Assembly: GCF_022846255.1 (NCBI RefSeq)
Contig: NZ_AP025682.1
Length of the DNA stretch: 64,000 nucleotides
Source: Escherichia coli
GTDB lineage: Bacteria; Pseudomonadota; Gammaproteobacteria; Enterobacterales; Enterobacteriaceae
Reading direction: 5' to 3' (one strand)
Position numbers and translations under genes: made by a program. Under the pieces are notes generated by a model. It saw only the letters and a program-made list of their open reading frames with translations, did not search any database and was not told the origin of the DNA. Positions 44,030 through 55,181 of this stretch are shown here, one piece after another (positions within the stretch are counted from its first letter, which is position 1; every line of letters begins with the position of its first letter).

Positions 44030-45202
44030 ATGATTGATTATTCCGCAGCCGGTTTTACCCTGCTGCAGGGAGCGCATTTGTATGCGCCGGAAGATCGGGG
44101 AATTTGCGATGTCCTCATCGCTAACGGCAAAATTATTGCCGTTGCCAGCAACATCCCTTCTGACATCGTACCGGACTGCACGGTTGTCGATCTCAGCGGG
44201 CAGATCCTCTGCCCAGGTTTTATTGATCAACACGTCCATTTGATTGGTGGTGGCGGCGAAGCAGGTCCCACGACACGCACGCCAGAAGTGGCGTTAAGTC
44301 GTCTGACGGAAGCGGGCGTCACGTCAGTGGTTGGTCTGCTGGGCACCGACTCTATCTCTCGCCACCCGGAATCCCTGCTCGCCAAGACCCGTGCGCTCAA
44401 TGAAGAAGGCATCAGCGCCTGGATGCTGACCGGCGCTTATCATGTCCCTTCCCGCACTATTACGGGTTCCGTGGAAAAAGACGTGGCGATTATCGATCGC
44501 GTGATTGGTGTGAAATGCGCCATCTCTGATCACCGTTCTGCCGCACCGGACGTTTATCACCTGGCTAATATGGCGGCGGAATCCCGCGTTGGCGGTTTGC
44601 TTGGCGGTAAACCTGGCGTCACCGTGTTCCACATGGGCGACAGTAAAAAGGCGTTACAGCCTGTCTATGACCTGCTGGAAAACTGCGATGTGCCGATCAG
44701 CAAGCTGCTGCCGACCCACGTTAACCGCAACGTACCGTTGTTTGAGCAGGCGCTGGAGTTCGCGCGCAAAGGCGGCACTATCGACATCACCAGCAGCATT
44801 GACGAACCGGTCGCCCCTGCCGAAGGTATTGCCCGCGCCGTTCAGGCGGGTATTCCGCTGGCACGCGTCACCCTCAGCTCTGACGGCAACGGTAGCCAGC
44901 CGTTCTTCGATGACGAAGGGAATTTAACCCATATCGGTGTTGCAGGTTTTGAAACGTTGCTGGAAACCGTGCAGGTGCTGGTCAAAGACTATGATTTCAG
45001 TATCAGCGATGCCCTGCGCCCGCTCACCAGTAGCGTAGCCGGTTTCCTTAACCTGAGCGGGAAAGGCGAAATTCTGCCAGGCAATGACGCAGACTTACTG
45101 GTCATGACGCCAGAATTGCGCATTGAGCAGGTATACGCTCGCGGCAAACTGATGGTCAAAGACGGCAAAGCCTGCGTGAAAGGAACGTTTGAAACGGCTT
45201 AA
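44030..45202 (+). CDS. iadA: Isoaspartyl dipeptidase (amidohydrolase superfamily)
   Basis: 390 aa; metal-binding HxH near N-terminus (IDQHVHLIGGGGE). Confidence 0.85.
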   Translation: MIDYSAAGFTLLQGAHLYAPEDRGICDVLIANGKIIAVASNIPSDIVPDCTVVDLSGQILCPGFIDQHVHLIGGGGEAGPTTRTPEVALSRLTEAGVTSVVGLLGTDSISRHPESLLAKTRALNEEGISAWMLTGAYHVPSRTITGSVEKDVAIIDRVIGVKCAISDHRSAAPDVYHLANMAAESRVGGLLGGKPGVTVFHMGDSKKALQPVYDLLENCDVPISKLLPTHVNRNVPLFEQALEFARKGGTIDITSSIDEPVAPAEGIARAVQAGIPLARVTLSSDGNGSQPFFDDEGNLTHIGVAGFETLLETVQVLVKDYDFSISDALRPLTSSVAGFLNLSGKGEILPGNDADLLVMTPELRIEQVYARGKLMVKDGKACVKGTFETA

Positions 45203-45266
45203 ACGGTTGTCAGCCGCCCGAATGGACGTAGAATGCCCGCAAGGGCGGCTGACAGAGTAAAACGTA

Positions 45267-46178
45267 ATGGATGACTGTGGTGCGGTTTTGCATAATATTG
45301 AAACAAAATGGCTTTATGATTTTCTGACCCTGGAAAAATGCCGCAACTTTTCCCAGGCGGCAGTCAGTCGCAACGTCTCGCAACCAGCATTCAGCCGCCG
45401 CATCCGTGCGCTGGAACAGGCGATTGGTGTTGAATTGTTTAACCGCCAGGTAACGCCGCTGCAACTCTCAGAACAAGGGAAAATCTTCCATTCGCAGATC
45501 CGCCATCTGTTGCAACAGTTAGAGAGCAATCTGGCAGAGCTGCGTGGCGGCAGCGATTACGCGCAACGTAAAATCAAGATAGCCGCTGCACACTCTCTTT
45601 CCCTCGGTCTGTTACCGTCCATTATCAGCCAGATGCCGCCGCTCTTTACCTGGGCAATTGAAGCCATTGATGTCGATGAAGCGGTCGATAAACTGCGTGA
45701 AGGGCAAAGTGACTGTATTTTTTCCTTTCACGACGAAGATTTGCTGGAAGCGCCGTTTGACCACATCCGCTTATTTGAATCTCAATTGTTCCCCGTCTGC
45801 GCCAGTGACGAACACGGAGAAGCACTTTTTAACCTCGCTCAGCCACACTTTCCGTTACTGAATTACAGCCGCAACTCCTACATGGGGCGATTGATTAATC
45901 GCACCCTGACGCGCCACAGCGAGTTAAGTTTCAGCACCTTTTTTGTCTCTTCGATGAGCGAGCTATTAAAGCAGGTTGCCCTCGACGGCTGTGGGATTGC
46001 CTGGCTGCCGGAGTATGCCATCCAACAAGAAATTCGCAGCGGGCAGCTCGTTGTACTGAATCGGGACGAACTGGTGATCACGATTCAGGCCTATGCATAC
46101 CGGATGAATACCCGCATGAATCCAGTTGCCGAACGCTTCTGGCGTGAACTGCGCGAGCTGGAGATTGTGCTTAGCTGA
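45267..46178 (+). CDS. hypT: LysR-family transcriptional regulator (hypochlorite-responsive HypT/YjiE)
   Basis: 303 aa; N-terminal LysR HTH; position after iadA as in E. coli. Confidence 0.75.
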   Translation: MDDCGAVLHNIETKWLYDFLTLEKCRNFSQAAVSRNVSQPAFSRRIRALEQAIGVELFNRQVTPLQLSEQGKIFHSQIRHLLQQLESNLAELRGGSDYAQRKIKIAAAHSLSLGLLPSIISQMPPLFTWAIEAIDVDEAVDKLREGQSDCIFSFHDEDLLEAPFDHIRLFESQLFPVCASDEHGEALFNLAQPHFPLLNYSRNSYMGRLINRTLTRHSELSFSTFFVSSMSELLKQVALDGCGIAWLPEYAIQQEIRSGQLVVLNRDELVITIQAYAYRMNTRMNPVAERFWRELRELEIVLS

Positions 46179-46264
46179 CATTATTCTGCAAAACATGGAA
46201 TTTTGACATTAACGCCGGATGGAGATTAATCCATCCGGCAAACGCATTTATTATCTTGAATAAC

Positions 46265-47668
46265 TCAGGCCTTTGCTTCGTTGAAGCGCAGTAAACGGAA
46301 ACCTGTAGAAGCATAGATCAACGCAAATATCATCGAGCAGAAACAGAATACACAGTACGGCAAGTAACTAAACGTCGGCACGCCTAGTGTTGTCGCCATA
46401 TACAATCCGGCAGCTGACCACGGAATAATTGGCGCGCTCATGGTGCCAAAATCTTCCAGCGTTCGGGCTAAGACTAACGGTGATAAATTAAGATCTTCGA
46501 ATTTCTTCATCATCAATTCAGATATAACAATCTTATTCAAACCATCAGAACCGGTAAGTAAGTTAATGATGATCGCTAAAACACCGCTTGCCAGAATAGC
46601 GCCAAAGGCACTTTTTATTTTGTTTGCCGCACTTTGTAATGTGACATCCATCATTCCTGTTCCCGTCAGGATGCCAGCAAACATCATGGCGCAGATAATA
46701 AATGACAGGAATCCGCCCTGATTATTCAGGCCGCCTTGTTCAAGCAGTTCTTTCACAGAAGGTAACAGCGTCGTTGAATCAGTGATCATCGTCAGACGGA
46801 AACCACTCATTGTGGCCTTAATACCTTCGGCCAGCGGGAAACCTTGATACAGCCATCCAACCAATACGGCCACGAACGCACTGCTTAATAATGCCGGTAC
46901 TGTAGGCAAACGCAAAAAGGTAAAGCACAGAACAATAAGCATAGGCAGTAGCGGTAACAGACCAAACTTATATAACTCTTTGAGCTGTACCAGCATCTGC
47001 ATGCTTTCTGGTGAAATAGAGCCCGTAGAAGTATGAATCATTCCCAGCCAGGTAAAAAACAGCAGGCTAATAATCGTTGATGGGATGGTCGTCCAGAGTA
47101 GATATTTAATCAGATCATAAAGTTTAGTTTTGGTTACCGCTGAAGTCAGGTTAGTGGTATCACTTAACGGTGAAAGTTTGTCGCCAAAATAAGCCCCGGT
47201 AACAATGGCTGCCGCCAGAATTGGAAGATCGGCATGTAAGCCGGAACCGATGCCCATTAATGCAACACCAATAGAAGCGACAGATCCCCATGATGCCCCG
47301 GAAACATAGGACAATACTGCGTTCAGAAAAAACGCTATGGCATAAAGCCATGCGGGCGCAACCAGTAACATACCGTAATAAACCAGCATCGGCAGTGTAC
47401 CTGCATAGCTCCATGTCGCGACCATAAAGCCAACGAAAATAACGATAAGTACTGGTGCCATCACCGCCGAAATCTTATCGATAATAAACCCCTGGATTTC
47501 ATCCCAGGTATATTTCAGCTTAGCCATTGCAATAATGCAGGAAAACGCCGCTGAAATTAATAAACAGACGCTGGCAGGCCAGCCCATAACACCGATGCCA
47601 ACAACCAACACGATCATCATAAAAATGATCGGTGTAAGCGCGACATAAAAACTGGGTTTTTCTCTCAT
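46265..47668 (-). CDS. NhaC-family transporter (Na+/H+ antiporter-like)
   Basis: 467 aa polytopic membrane protein; 12 nt upstream of the FAD-oxidoreductase stop (same operon). Confidence 0.65.
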   Translation of the reverse strand: MREKPSFYVALTPIIFMMIVLVVGIGVMGWPASVCLLISAAFSCIIAMAKLKYTWDEIQGFIIDKISAVMAPVLIVIFVGFMVATWSYAGTLPMLVYYGMLLVAPAWLYAIAFFLNAVLSYVSGASWGSVASIGVALMGIGSGLHADLPILAAAIVTGAYFGDKLSPLSDTTNLTSAVTKTKLYDLIKYLLWTTIPSTIISLLFFTWLGMIHTSTGSISPESMQMLVQLKELYKFGLLPLLPMLIVLCFTFLRLPTVPALLSSAFVAVLVGWLYQGFPLAEGIKATMSGFRLTMITDSTTLLPSVKELLEQGGLNNQGGFLSFIICAMMFAGILTGTGMMDVTLQSAANKIKSAFGAILASGVLAIIINLLTGSDGLNKIVISELMMKKFEDLNLSPLVLARTLEDFGTMSAPIIPWSAAGLYMATTLGVPTFSYLPYCVFCFCSMIFALIYASTGFRLLRFNEAKA

Positions 47669-47682
47669 AACTTTATTCCCTG

Positions 47683-49053
47683 TTAAAAGACTTTTACGCC
47701 ATTTTGCTGTAAGCGTTCCTGTACCGTCTGAATATCTACCTGTGAAACGGTAGTGTTATTTTTAATGGCAATAGCAGCGGCAGTCCCTGCACCTTCTCCA
47801 GTGACAATACAACACCCCATATTACGGATTGTCGCGTAGGCGAAATTATCTGCATCGATTGCCCGTCCGCAAACCAACAGGTTTTCAACTTGCTGCGGAA
47901 TCATTACGCCATAAGGGATTTGAAAATAGTTCGCTTCAAGAGGTAATTTAAGATGACCATTTCCATCTATAAACTCAGGGAATACCCCTATTGAATCCGC
48001 ATGACGTCCCTCATTACAAATATCATTTTCAGTTAATTGTGTTCGCCCGAGAATATGTCTTGATTCCCTTGTTCCCACCGTCATACCGAAGTTTTTTAAT
48101 TGTGCCTGTTCAAATCCTGGCTGGAATTGACGCAACGCTTCTATCGCCTGCATGGCTTGTTTGCGGCCCTCTATTTCGGCACGCGTCAGGTCAAAAACAT
48201 CTGTACAATCAACGGCAGGGATGCTGACAACGTTCAAGTAATTCGCATCACCATACTCGGTGACCGTACTCCAGGAACCGCCTAATGTCACATCTTCAGG
48301 AATAATTCCTGCCGCCTTTCCTTTCGCAAAGACTTTACCCAGATAAGGGCTAAACATATCGCGACAAGATTCATGAACATCATAAGACCAGTTTTTATTT
48401 TCTTCATCCGCCCCCCAGTCTCCATATTTAGGTTCCGTGCTCTTAATATTTTGCATGAACGCGTTTTTATTTATATTTGCGCAACTAAAAACGGTTGTCA
48501 TACACATTAGCTCTTCGCGTTCACGCTTAATAAATGGTGCTCCGGCAAACCATGCAATATCAGCATCGCCAGTACAGTCAATAATGACATTTGCCAAAAT
48601 AGCCTGACGACCAGATTTACTCTCTGTTATTACGCCGAGTAAATTATTGCCCTGCTTGATAACATCAACGGCGGTAATGTGTAGTACGCGGCGCACACCT
48701 GCCTGTTCAAGCATTGCATCCGCAACCAGTTTGAAACGCTCGGCGTTAATAGCCTGACTATTCGATTGCGGCTCAGGGCTGGACGCCCCCATTGATTTTG
48801 CCGTTTCTTCTATTTCGCGTGCCAGTCCACCTGACTCTACCGTATTTTCATGACGCCACCAGGCAATTGACTCGACGCCAGCCGTTGTCATCATTCCGCC
48901 AAAACAACCGAAACGTTCAATCAGCATAGTAGCTGCGCCTTCACGAGCGGCACTCATTGCTGCGGCAATACCCGATGGACCACCACCAACAACTAACACT
49001 TCCGTGGTTGCCAGCACAGGTATATTACGAGCGGGTTCCAGATAAAATTCCAT
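47683..49053 (-). CDS. FAD-dependent oxidoreductase
   Basis: 456 aa; N-terminal Rossmann dinucleotide motif VLVVGGGPSGIAAAM; paralogue of the gene at 58207-59571. Confidence 0.7.
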   Translation of the reverse strand: MEFYLEPARNIPVLATTEVLVVGGGPSGIAAAMSAAREGAATMLIERFGCFGGMMTTAGVESIAWWRHENTVESGGLAREIEETAKSMGASSPEPQSNSQAINAERFKLVADAMLEQAGVRRVLHITAVDVIKQGNNLLGVITESKSGRQAILANVIIDCTGDADIAWFAGAPFIKREREELMCMTTVFSCANINKNAFMQNIKSTEPKYGDWGADEENKNWSYDVHESCRDMFSPYLGKVFAKGKAAGIIPEDVTLGGSWSTVTEYGDANYLNVVSIPAVDCTDVFDLTRAEIEGRKQAMQAIEALRQFQPGFEQAQLKNFGMTVGTRESRHILGRTQLTENDICNEGRHADSIGVFPEFIDGNGHLKLPLEANYFQIPYGVMIPQQVENLLVCGRAIDADNFAYATIRNMGCCIVTGEGAGTAAAIAIKNNTTVSQVDIQTVQERLQQNGVKVF

Positions 49054-49339
49054 ACTTTATCTCCGTATTCAATAATTGAGTAAAACAATCCCCCGCGCTT
49101 ATATAAGCGCGTTGATATTTTTAATTATTAACAAGCAACATCATGCTAATACAGACATACAAGGAGATCATCTCTCTTTGCCTGTTTTTTATTATTTCAG
49201 GAGTGTAAACACATTTTCCGCCTCCCTGGCTAATAACCACATTGGCATTTATGGAGCACATCACAATATTTCAATACCATTAAAGCACTGCACCAAAGTG
49301 AAACACTGCGACATTAAAATTATTTCAATTTGAAAAGCA

Positions 49340-51289
49340 TCAATCTGCATGCTCAACATTTGGATAGAGATTATAGATTTTAAGTTTGCGCCATAATGTT
49401 GTACGACCAATTTTTAATACTTCAGCTGCTTTAGTTAGATTCCATTCGCAGACACGACATGTATGCTCAATAGCTTGCATCTCCAATTCTGCCAGTGAAG
49501 TAAGATGAGGGATATCATCGTCGCCACTACTGTTATTTTGTCGGATATCCAGAGGAATATTCTCTAACCCGAGGACAAGTCGATTGCAGTTAATAAATAC
49601 CTTCTCCATTCGATTTTTGAACTCGGAGATGTTCCCAGGCCAACGGTACTCAAGCAGAACTGAATTTGCGTCAGGCGTGATTGTCATTTTTTTTCGAGTG
49701 CGCTCCTGATACTTATCAATAATATCGTCAATCATTTGCTTGAGATCTTCACGACGTTTGCGCAATGGCGGAATTTCAATTTCATTCATGGAGATCTCAT
49801 AATATAGCTGTCGGCTAAAAGCCCCTTGTTGCACGTACTCACGTAAAGAACTACTGGTACATGTAATCAGGCGAAAGCGTACGGGGATCAAACGATGGCT
49901 GTCTGAGCGAGTAACAAGCCCCGTTTTCAATACTTTCAATAAAACACTCTGAACTTCCCCTGATAGATATTCGACTTTATCCAGATATAAGGTGCCATTA
50001 TGAGCCAGTTCAAATTTCGATGGCGAAGGGCCAACATCAGAGCCAAGAAGTTCGTGTAAGATATTTTCTGGTGATAGCATCTGACAATCTACAGAAATAA
50101 ATGGCCCATCACGTTGCTCGCTCTCATTATGTATTGCCATCGCCAAACTCAATTTTCCCACACCTTCTTCGCCATTGATCAAAATCGGAGAGATGGATTT
50201 AATTGCCCGGCGAGCGATAAGTAATACCTGCTTCATACCACCTGAAGCCGCATGTAAACTGTCAAAGGTAAAATTTGCATTAGTGCTTATTTGCTGTTGG
50301 GCTATTTTCCTGATTTTGTCTAATGGATGAAGAAAAAGCAAAAACGAACCATCGCTTAACGGGCGAAGGGTAACCATAAGTTCAATAAATTCGCCACGGC
50401 ATTCGAGGACAATTTGCTTTTGCGATAGTTTGTTTCGTTGTGTAATTGCCTCATTCAAAATCGGCGGAAATACGAATCCTTTTCGGATGTTCTGACCAAT
50501 TAAACTTTCTTTATCAATATTCAGTAATGTTTGTGCTTGAGAATTAACCATCGTAATTAAAGAATGACTATTCCAACAAATAAAACCGTCATCCATACAT
50601 TCAATCACAGCATTATGCTGGCAAAGTACTTTGTTTATTAACTTTTGTTCATTCTCAATATAGATATAATTAGCGATTTCTGTTGCACATGAATATGATG
50701 TTTTTAATTTAACAAGCTCGGCGGTGGTTTCAATTATACATACAATGTATCCATGTATATTACCATAATAATCAATGACCGGAGCTGCGCTCATCGCATA
50801 ACAATGTAGCTGTTCACTAAAATGTTCTGCTCCTTCCAGTTGTGTATATAAATTTGTTTCCCGACAAAGACTATATACATTGGTTCCAATGCCATCTTCG
50901 GCCCATGACATACCAGATTCAATTCCTAACTCTCGCAATTGACTGGAATAATCGCCTGCTGCATTCAACGATAGAACCCAGCCGTGTGGGTCAATGATCA
51001 AAAATGCCAACCGGTCGTCACCAGCCAGGGTGAAATGGTCTTCAACAACTCTTTGTGAAATTCTAATAAACTCTTCGTTACGAGAAAAAATCGTCTGCAA
51101 TGTTTGCCCGGAAGCTTTGACAGGCGTGTTCCAGTGGCGAGGGTCACAATGCTTGAGACATTTTTGCCATGACCTCAGCATCACATGATTAGTCGAATTT
51201 GTCGCGACCCAACCATGCTTAACAAACATTTTCCATTTATTTTTTAGATCATTATGATACGACTCTTTATTCATTATAATAATATCCAT
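49340..51289 (-). CDS. DhaR-like transcriptional regulator (sensing domain + AAA+ sigma-54-interaction-like domain + Fis-type HTH)
   Basis: 649 aa; LINGEEGVGK atypical Walker A, SRQLYY and C-terminal GRTTLWRKLK HTH as in DhaR; no GAFTGA motif seen. Confidence 0.7.
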   Translation of the reverse strand: MDIIIMNKESYHNDLKNKWKMFVKHGWVATNSTNHVMLRSWQKCLKHCDPRHWNTPVKASGQTLQTIFSRNEEFIRISQRVVEDHFTLAGDDRLAFLIIDPHGWVLSLNAAGDYSSQLRELGIESGMSWAEDGIGTNVYSLCRETNLYTQLEGAEHFSEQLHCYAMSAAPVIDYYGNIHGYIVCIIETTAELVKLKTSYSCATEIANYIYIENEQKLINKVLCQHNAVIECMDDGFICWNSHSLITMVNSQAQTLLNIDKESLIGQNIRKGFVFPPILNEAITQRNKLSQKQIVLECRGEFIELMVTLRPLSDGSFLLFLHPLDKIRKIAQQQISTNANFTFDSLHAASGGMKQVLLIARRAIKSISPILINGEEGVGKLSLAMAIHNESEQRDGPFISVDCQMLSPENILHELLGSDVGPSPSKFELAHNGTLYLDKVEYLSGEVQSVLLKVLKTGLVTRSDSHRLIPVRFRLITCTSSSLREYVQQGAFSRQLYYEISMNEIEIPPLRKRREDLKQMIDDIIDKYQERTRKKMTITPDANSVLLEYRWPGNISEFKNRMEKVFINCNRLVLGLENIPLDIRQNNSSGDDDIPHLTSLAELEMQAIEHTCRVCEWNLTKAAEVLKIGRTTLWRKLKIYNLYPNVEHAD

Positions 51290-51543
51290 TCAAGTCATTT
51301 TCAGAACTTGTATCAGAATGCTATGCCAGTAAGCTTGATCAAACGCAATAATATCTAGCCTGGATCATTACAAAAACAGACCTTATCAACAATGTAATCA
51401 CACATACATTAGAAATAATAACCGTTAAAGCAATAAAAAACGAATGATACATTAGATAAATTTTAAAACTGCCAACAACATCTGAAATCTTTGCGTTTGA
51501 TATTTATAATTATTCAAACTGAAACAACACAGGCATACGAGTT

Positions 51544-51558
51544 GTTTCACTGTGAAAC
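51544..51558. promoter_or_regulatory. 15-bp palindrome GTTTCAC-T-GTGAAAC upstream of gcl-like operon (candidate operator)
   Basis: Symmetric except for the centre base; located about 110 bp upstream of the gcl-like ATG in the divergent regulator/operon intergenic region. Confidence 0.35.
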
Positions 51559-51667
51559 AGTGCAGCGAAATTTGTTCTGCCCTTTTATTTCCTCAAAGAT
51601 ATTTCATCGTTAAATTCCAAAATTGACTGACTATTCAACTCAGCGTAAATATCAGGAGAAATAATGT

Positions 51668-53407
51668 ATGGCGAGGATGCGTGCAATCGAAGCTGCAGTA
51701 GAAATACTGAAAAAAGAAGGCATTAGCGTTGCTTTTGGTGTACCCGGCGCAGCAATAAACCCACTCTATGCCGCGATGAAAAAATCAGGCGGTATTGATC
51801 ATATTCTGGCCCGTCATGTTGAGGGCGCCTCGCATATGGCTGAAGGTTACACCCGCAGTCAGAATGGCAATATTGGCGTGTGTATTGGCACATCAGGCCC
51901 TGCGGGCACTGATATGATTACCGGGCTGTATTCTGCCTCTGCGGATTCCATTCCTATTCTCTGCATTACTGGTCAAGCTCCCGTAGGAAAACTTCATAAA
52001 GAAGATTTCCAGGCCGTCGATATTGAGGCTATCGCCACGCCAGTAACCAAAATGGCTCGCACAATTCTCGAAGCGGGTCAGTTGCCGGGGATATTCCAGA
52101 AAGCCTTCTGGGAAATGCGTTCAGGCCGCCCTGGCCCGGTTCTTTTAGATCTCCCTTTTGATGTTCAGATGACCGAAATTGAGTTTGATATCGATCTCTA
52201 TCAGCCACTCACTCCCTGGAAACCCCAGGCGACGCTGGCCCAGGCCGTACGCGCATTAGAAATGCTAAATGACGCCGAAAAGCCCGTCATCATCGCTGGC
52301 GGTGGCATTATTAACGCCGAAGCGAGTGAATTGTTGCGTGAGTTTGTCGAGTTAACTGGCGTTCCCGTCATTCAAACCTTACGCGGTTGGGGCGCTTTAT
52401 CAGACGATCACCCCCTAATGATTGGTCGCATGGGATGTCAGGCGGGTCATCGCTATGGTAACGCCAGTTATCTGGCCTCAGATTTTGTTTTTGGTATCGG
52501 TAACCGTTGGGCAAACCGCCATACCGGAGCCATTGAGACCTACACCGAAGGCCGCAAATTCATTCATGTTGATATCGAACCTGCACAAATTGGCCGGATA
52601 TTTGCGCCGGATCTGGGCATTGTTTCTGATGCTGAAAGCGCCTTAACGCTATTTATTCAGGTCGCCCGTGATATGAAGTCACGTGGAGAACTGAAAGACC
52701 GCAGTCGCTGGATTGCCGAATGTGCCGAGCGTAAACGCACAATGCTTCGTCGTTCAGACTTTGACTGCAATCCAATTAAACCGCAGCGCGTGTATCACGA
52801 AATGAATAAGGTTTTCGGACCGGAGACACGCTATATTTCGACAATTGGTCTGGCGCAAATCGCCGCAAACCAATTTTTACATGTTTACCGCCCACGCCAC
52901 TGGATTAATGCCTGTCAGGCTGGGCCGCTAGGCTGGACAATGCCCGCAGCACTGGGCGCGGTAAAAGCTGATCCATCTGTTCCCGTTGTGGCAATATCCG
53001 GTGATTACGATTTTCAGTTCTTGATTGAAGAATTAGCCGTCGGCGCACAATTTAATCTTCCGTATATCCATATTTTACTTAACAACGCTTATCTTGGTTT
53101 GATTCGTCAATCACAACGTGCATTTGATATTGATTATTGCGTTCAACTGTCATTTGAAAATATTAATGCTCCAGAAATTAATGGTTATGGCGTTGATCAT
53201 AAAGCTGTGGTTGAAGGATTAGGATGTAAAGCGATTCGCGTATTCGCATCACAGGATATTGCGCCTGCACTGCAAGAAGCCCAGCGTTTGCGTGACGAAT
53301 TTCACGTACCTGTTGTTGTGGAAATTATTACTGAACGCGTGACTAATATCGCTATGGGACCTGACATTAATAAAGTCACAGAATTTGAAGAAATTCTCGA
53401 TTTATAA
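51668..53407 (+). CDS. gcl: Glyoxylate carboligase (tartronate-semialdehyde synthase), TPP-dependent
   Basis: 579 aa; N-terminus [39 protein letters not shown]...[18 protein letters not shown] nearly identical in pattern to E. coli Gcl. Confidence 0.85.
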   Translation: MARMRAIEAAVEILKKEGISVAFGVPGAAINPLYAAMKKSGGIDHILARHVEGASHMAEGYTRSQNGNIGVCIGTSGPAGTDMITGLYSASADSIPILCITGQAPVGKLHKEDFQAVDIEAIATPVTKMARTILEAGQLPGIFQKAFWEMRSGRPGPVLLDLPFDVQMTEIEFDIDLYQPLTPWKPQATLAQAVRALEMLNDAEKPVIIAGGGIINAEASELLREFVELTGVPVIQTLRGWGALSDDHPLMIGRMGCQAGHRYGNASYLASDFVFGIGNRWANRHTGAIETYTEGRKFIHVDIEPAQIGRIFAPDLGIVSDAESALTLFIQVARDMKSRGELKDRSRWIAECAERKRTMLRRSDFDCNPIKPQRVYHEMNKVFGPETRYISTIGLAQIAANQFLHVYRPRHWINACQAGPLGWTMPAALGAVKADPSVPVVAISGDYDFQFLIEELAVGAQFNLPYIHILLNNAYLGLIRQSQRAFDIDYCVQLSFENINAPEINGYGVDHKAVVEGLGCKAIRVFASQDIAPALQEAQRLRDEFHVPVVVEIITERVTNIAMGPDINKVTEFEEILDL

Positions 53408-53419
53408 GGAAACAGGATT

Positions 53420-54202
53420 ATGGCAAAGTTTGCAGCAAATTTATCTATGCTCTTTACCGAGTATCCATTTATTGAACGTTTTGCACAAGCAAGTCACGCA
53501 GGATTCCACGGCGTTGAGTATCTTTTCCCCTATGACTTTTCCGCAGATGAGTTGGTTTCGCAACTGCATCAACATAATCTGACGCAGGTTCTGTTTAATC
53601 TTCCTGCGGGTAACTGGCAAGAGGGTGAACGGGGTATTGCATGTCATCCTGGTCGGGCAAAAGAATTTCAGGAGGGCGTTTCCAGGGCAATAGAGTATGC
53701 ATTGGCCCTTAATTGTTCACAAGTTAATTGCCTTGCAGGAAAACATCCAGGTGGTTATTCGCATGAACAATGTCATGAAACACTGGTCGAAAATTTGCGC
53801 TATGCAGTAGATAAATTGGCTTCTCATGGCATAAAGTTAGTTCTGGAAGCCATTAATACAAAAGATATTCCCGGTTTTTTTGTTAACAACACCAGACAAG
53901 CTCTCAATATTATTCATGATGTAAATCATCCTGATTTTCGCTATCAATACGATATTTATCATATGCAAATCATGGAAGGGAATATTGCTACAACAATCAA
54001 AAACAACCTGAATAACATTGGACATATTCAATTAGCCGATAACCCTGGGCGTCATGAACCAGGGACGGGAGAAATTAATTACCCGTGGTTGTTAAATTAT
54101 ATAGACCAGATTGGTTATCAGGGATGGATTGGTTGCGAATATGTTCCATCTACGACAACGACTGAAAGTCTACGCTGGCTAAAAAACGAGACTCAATTTT
54201 AA
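53420..54202 (+). CDS. hyi: Hydroxypyruvate isomerase
   Basis: 260 aa; N-terminus MAKFAANLSMLFTEYPFIERF matches Hyi (TIM-barrel); directly downstream of gcl. Confidence 0.8.
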   Translation: MAKFAANLSMLFTEYPFIERFAQASHAGFHGVEYLFPYDFSADELVSQLHQHNLTQVLFNLPAGNWQEGERGIACHPGRAKEFQEGVSRAIEYALALNCSQVNCLAGKHPGGYSHEQCHETLVENLRYAVDKLASHGIKLVLEAINTKDIPGFFVNNTRQALNIIHDVNHPDFRYQYDIYHMQIMEGNIATTIKNNLNNIGHIQLADNPGRHEPGTGEINYPWLLNYIDQIGYQGWIGCEYVPSTTTTESLRWLKNETQF

Positions 54203-54219
54203 TCCCTGAGGTATTTATC

Positions 54220-55107
54220 ATGAATATTGGATTTATCGGCACCGGCATAATGGGTAAGCCGATGGCTTATAATTTACAACAAGCCGGACATACTCTTTAT
54301 TTTTCAGCGCATTTTGAACCTGCACCGCAAGAGCTTATTGGTGAACGTGGCATTGTTTGCTCTACACCGCGTGAAGTCGCGCAGGAGTGTGAGGTCATCA
54401 TCACCATGCTCCCTGATACCCCACATGTTGAGGATGTTCTTTTTCATCCCAACTATGGCGTAATACACGGTTTAAGCCACGGGAAAATTGTGATTGATAT
54501 GAGTTCAATTTCCCCGGTTGCCACCAAAGCATTTGCACAACGTATTATCGCGGGAGGCGCGGAATATATCGATGCGCCCGTCTCTGGCGGTGAAGTTGGC
54601 GCGAAAGCCGGGACGCTTTCCATTATGGTTGGCGGATGTGAAGAGGTTTATTTGCAGATCAAACCGATTCTGGAATTGATGGGTAAAAATATCACTCTGG
54701 TCGGTAACGTCGGTGATGGTCAAACGTGCAAAGTCGCTAACCAAATTATTGTTGCACTGAATATTGAAGCGGTGGCTGAAGCCCTGCTCTTTGCCAGTAA
54801 ATCAGGTGCCGATCCCGCCCGCGTACGTGAAGCGCTGATGGGAGGGTTTGCCTCCTCTCGCGTGCTGGAAGTTCATGGCGAACGGATGATTAAAGGAACA
54901 TTCGAACCCGGTTTTCGTATTAGTCTGCATCAAAAAGATCTGAATCTGGCGCTGGAGAATGCCCGCCTGTTGAATACCCCGCTTCCTAACACGGCGACGA
55001 CACAGCAGTTATTTAGCGCCTGCGCCGCGCTCGGTGGTAAAGAGTGGGATCATTCTGCGTTAATTCGGGCGCTTGAAACACAAGCCAATTTCACTATCCG
55101 TAAATAA
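54220..55107 (+). CDS. glxR: Tartronate semialdehyde (2-hydroxy-3-oxopropionate) reductase
   Basis: 295 aa; NAD-binding GFIGTGIMGKPMAYNL at N-terminus; 3-hydroxyisobutyrate dehydrogenase family. Confidence 0.8.
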   Translation: MNIGFIGTGIMGKPMAYNLQQAGHTLYFSAHFEPAPQELIGERGIVCSTPREVAQECEVIITMLPDTPHVEDVLFHPNYGVIHGLSHGKIVIDMSSISPVATKAFAQRIIAGGAEYIDAPVSGGEVGAKAGTLSIMVGGCEEVYLQIKPILELMGKNITLVGNVGDGQTCKVANQIIVALNIEAVAEALLFASKSGADPARVREALMGGFASSRVLEVHGERMIKGTFEPGFRISLHQKDLNLALENARLLNTPLPNTATTQQLFSACAALGGKEWDHSALIRALETQANFTIRK

Positions 55108-55181
55108 TGAATTAAGGGAACCACCGGTTCCCTTCGTTCACTCATTGCCCTGCCCCATTCCCCTATTTTGAGAGACCTGCT

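Noticed and set aside
45207-45255. Long inverted repeat (TGTCAGCCGCCC ... GGGCGGCTGACA) after iadA as a rho-independent terminator
   Set aside because: The 12-bp stem encloses a 23-nt loop and is not followed by a T-run; possibly a REP-like or regulatory structure, but not convincingly a terminator, so not listed as a feature.
49076-49333. 85-aa plus-strand ORF in the AT-rich spacer between the FAD oxidoreductase and DhaR-like regulator
   Set aside because: No RBS, AT-rich low-complexity translation, located where the promoter of the minus-strand operon is expected.
49340-51289. Calling the regulator a classical sigma-54 enhancer-binding protein and searching for a -24/-12 promoter upstream of gcl-like
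   Set aside because: Walker A is the atypical GEEGVGK and no GAFTGA motif is visible, as in DhaR, which acts with sigma-70; so I did not annotate a sigma-54 promoter.
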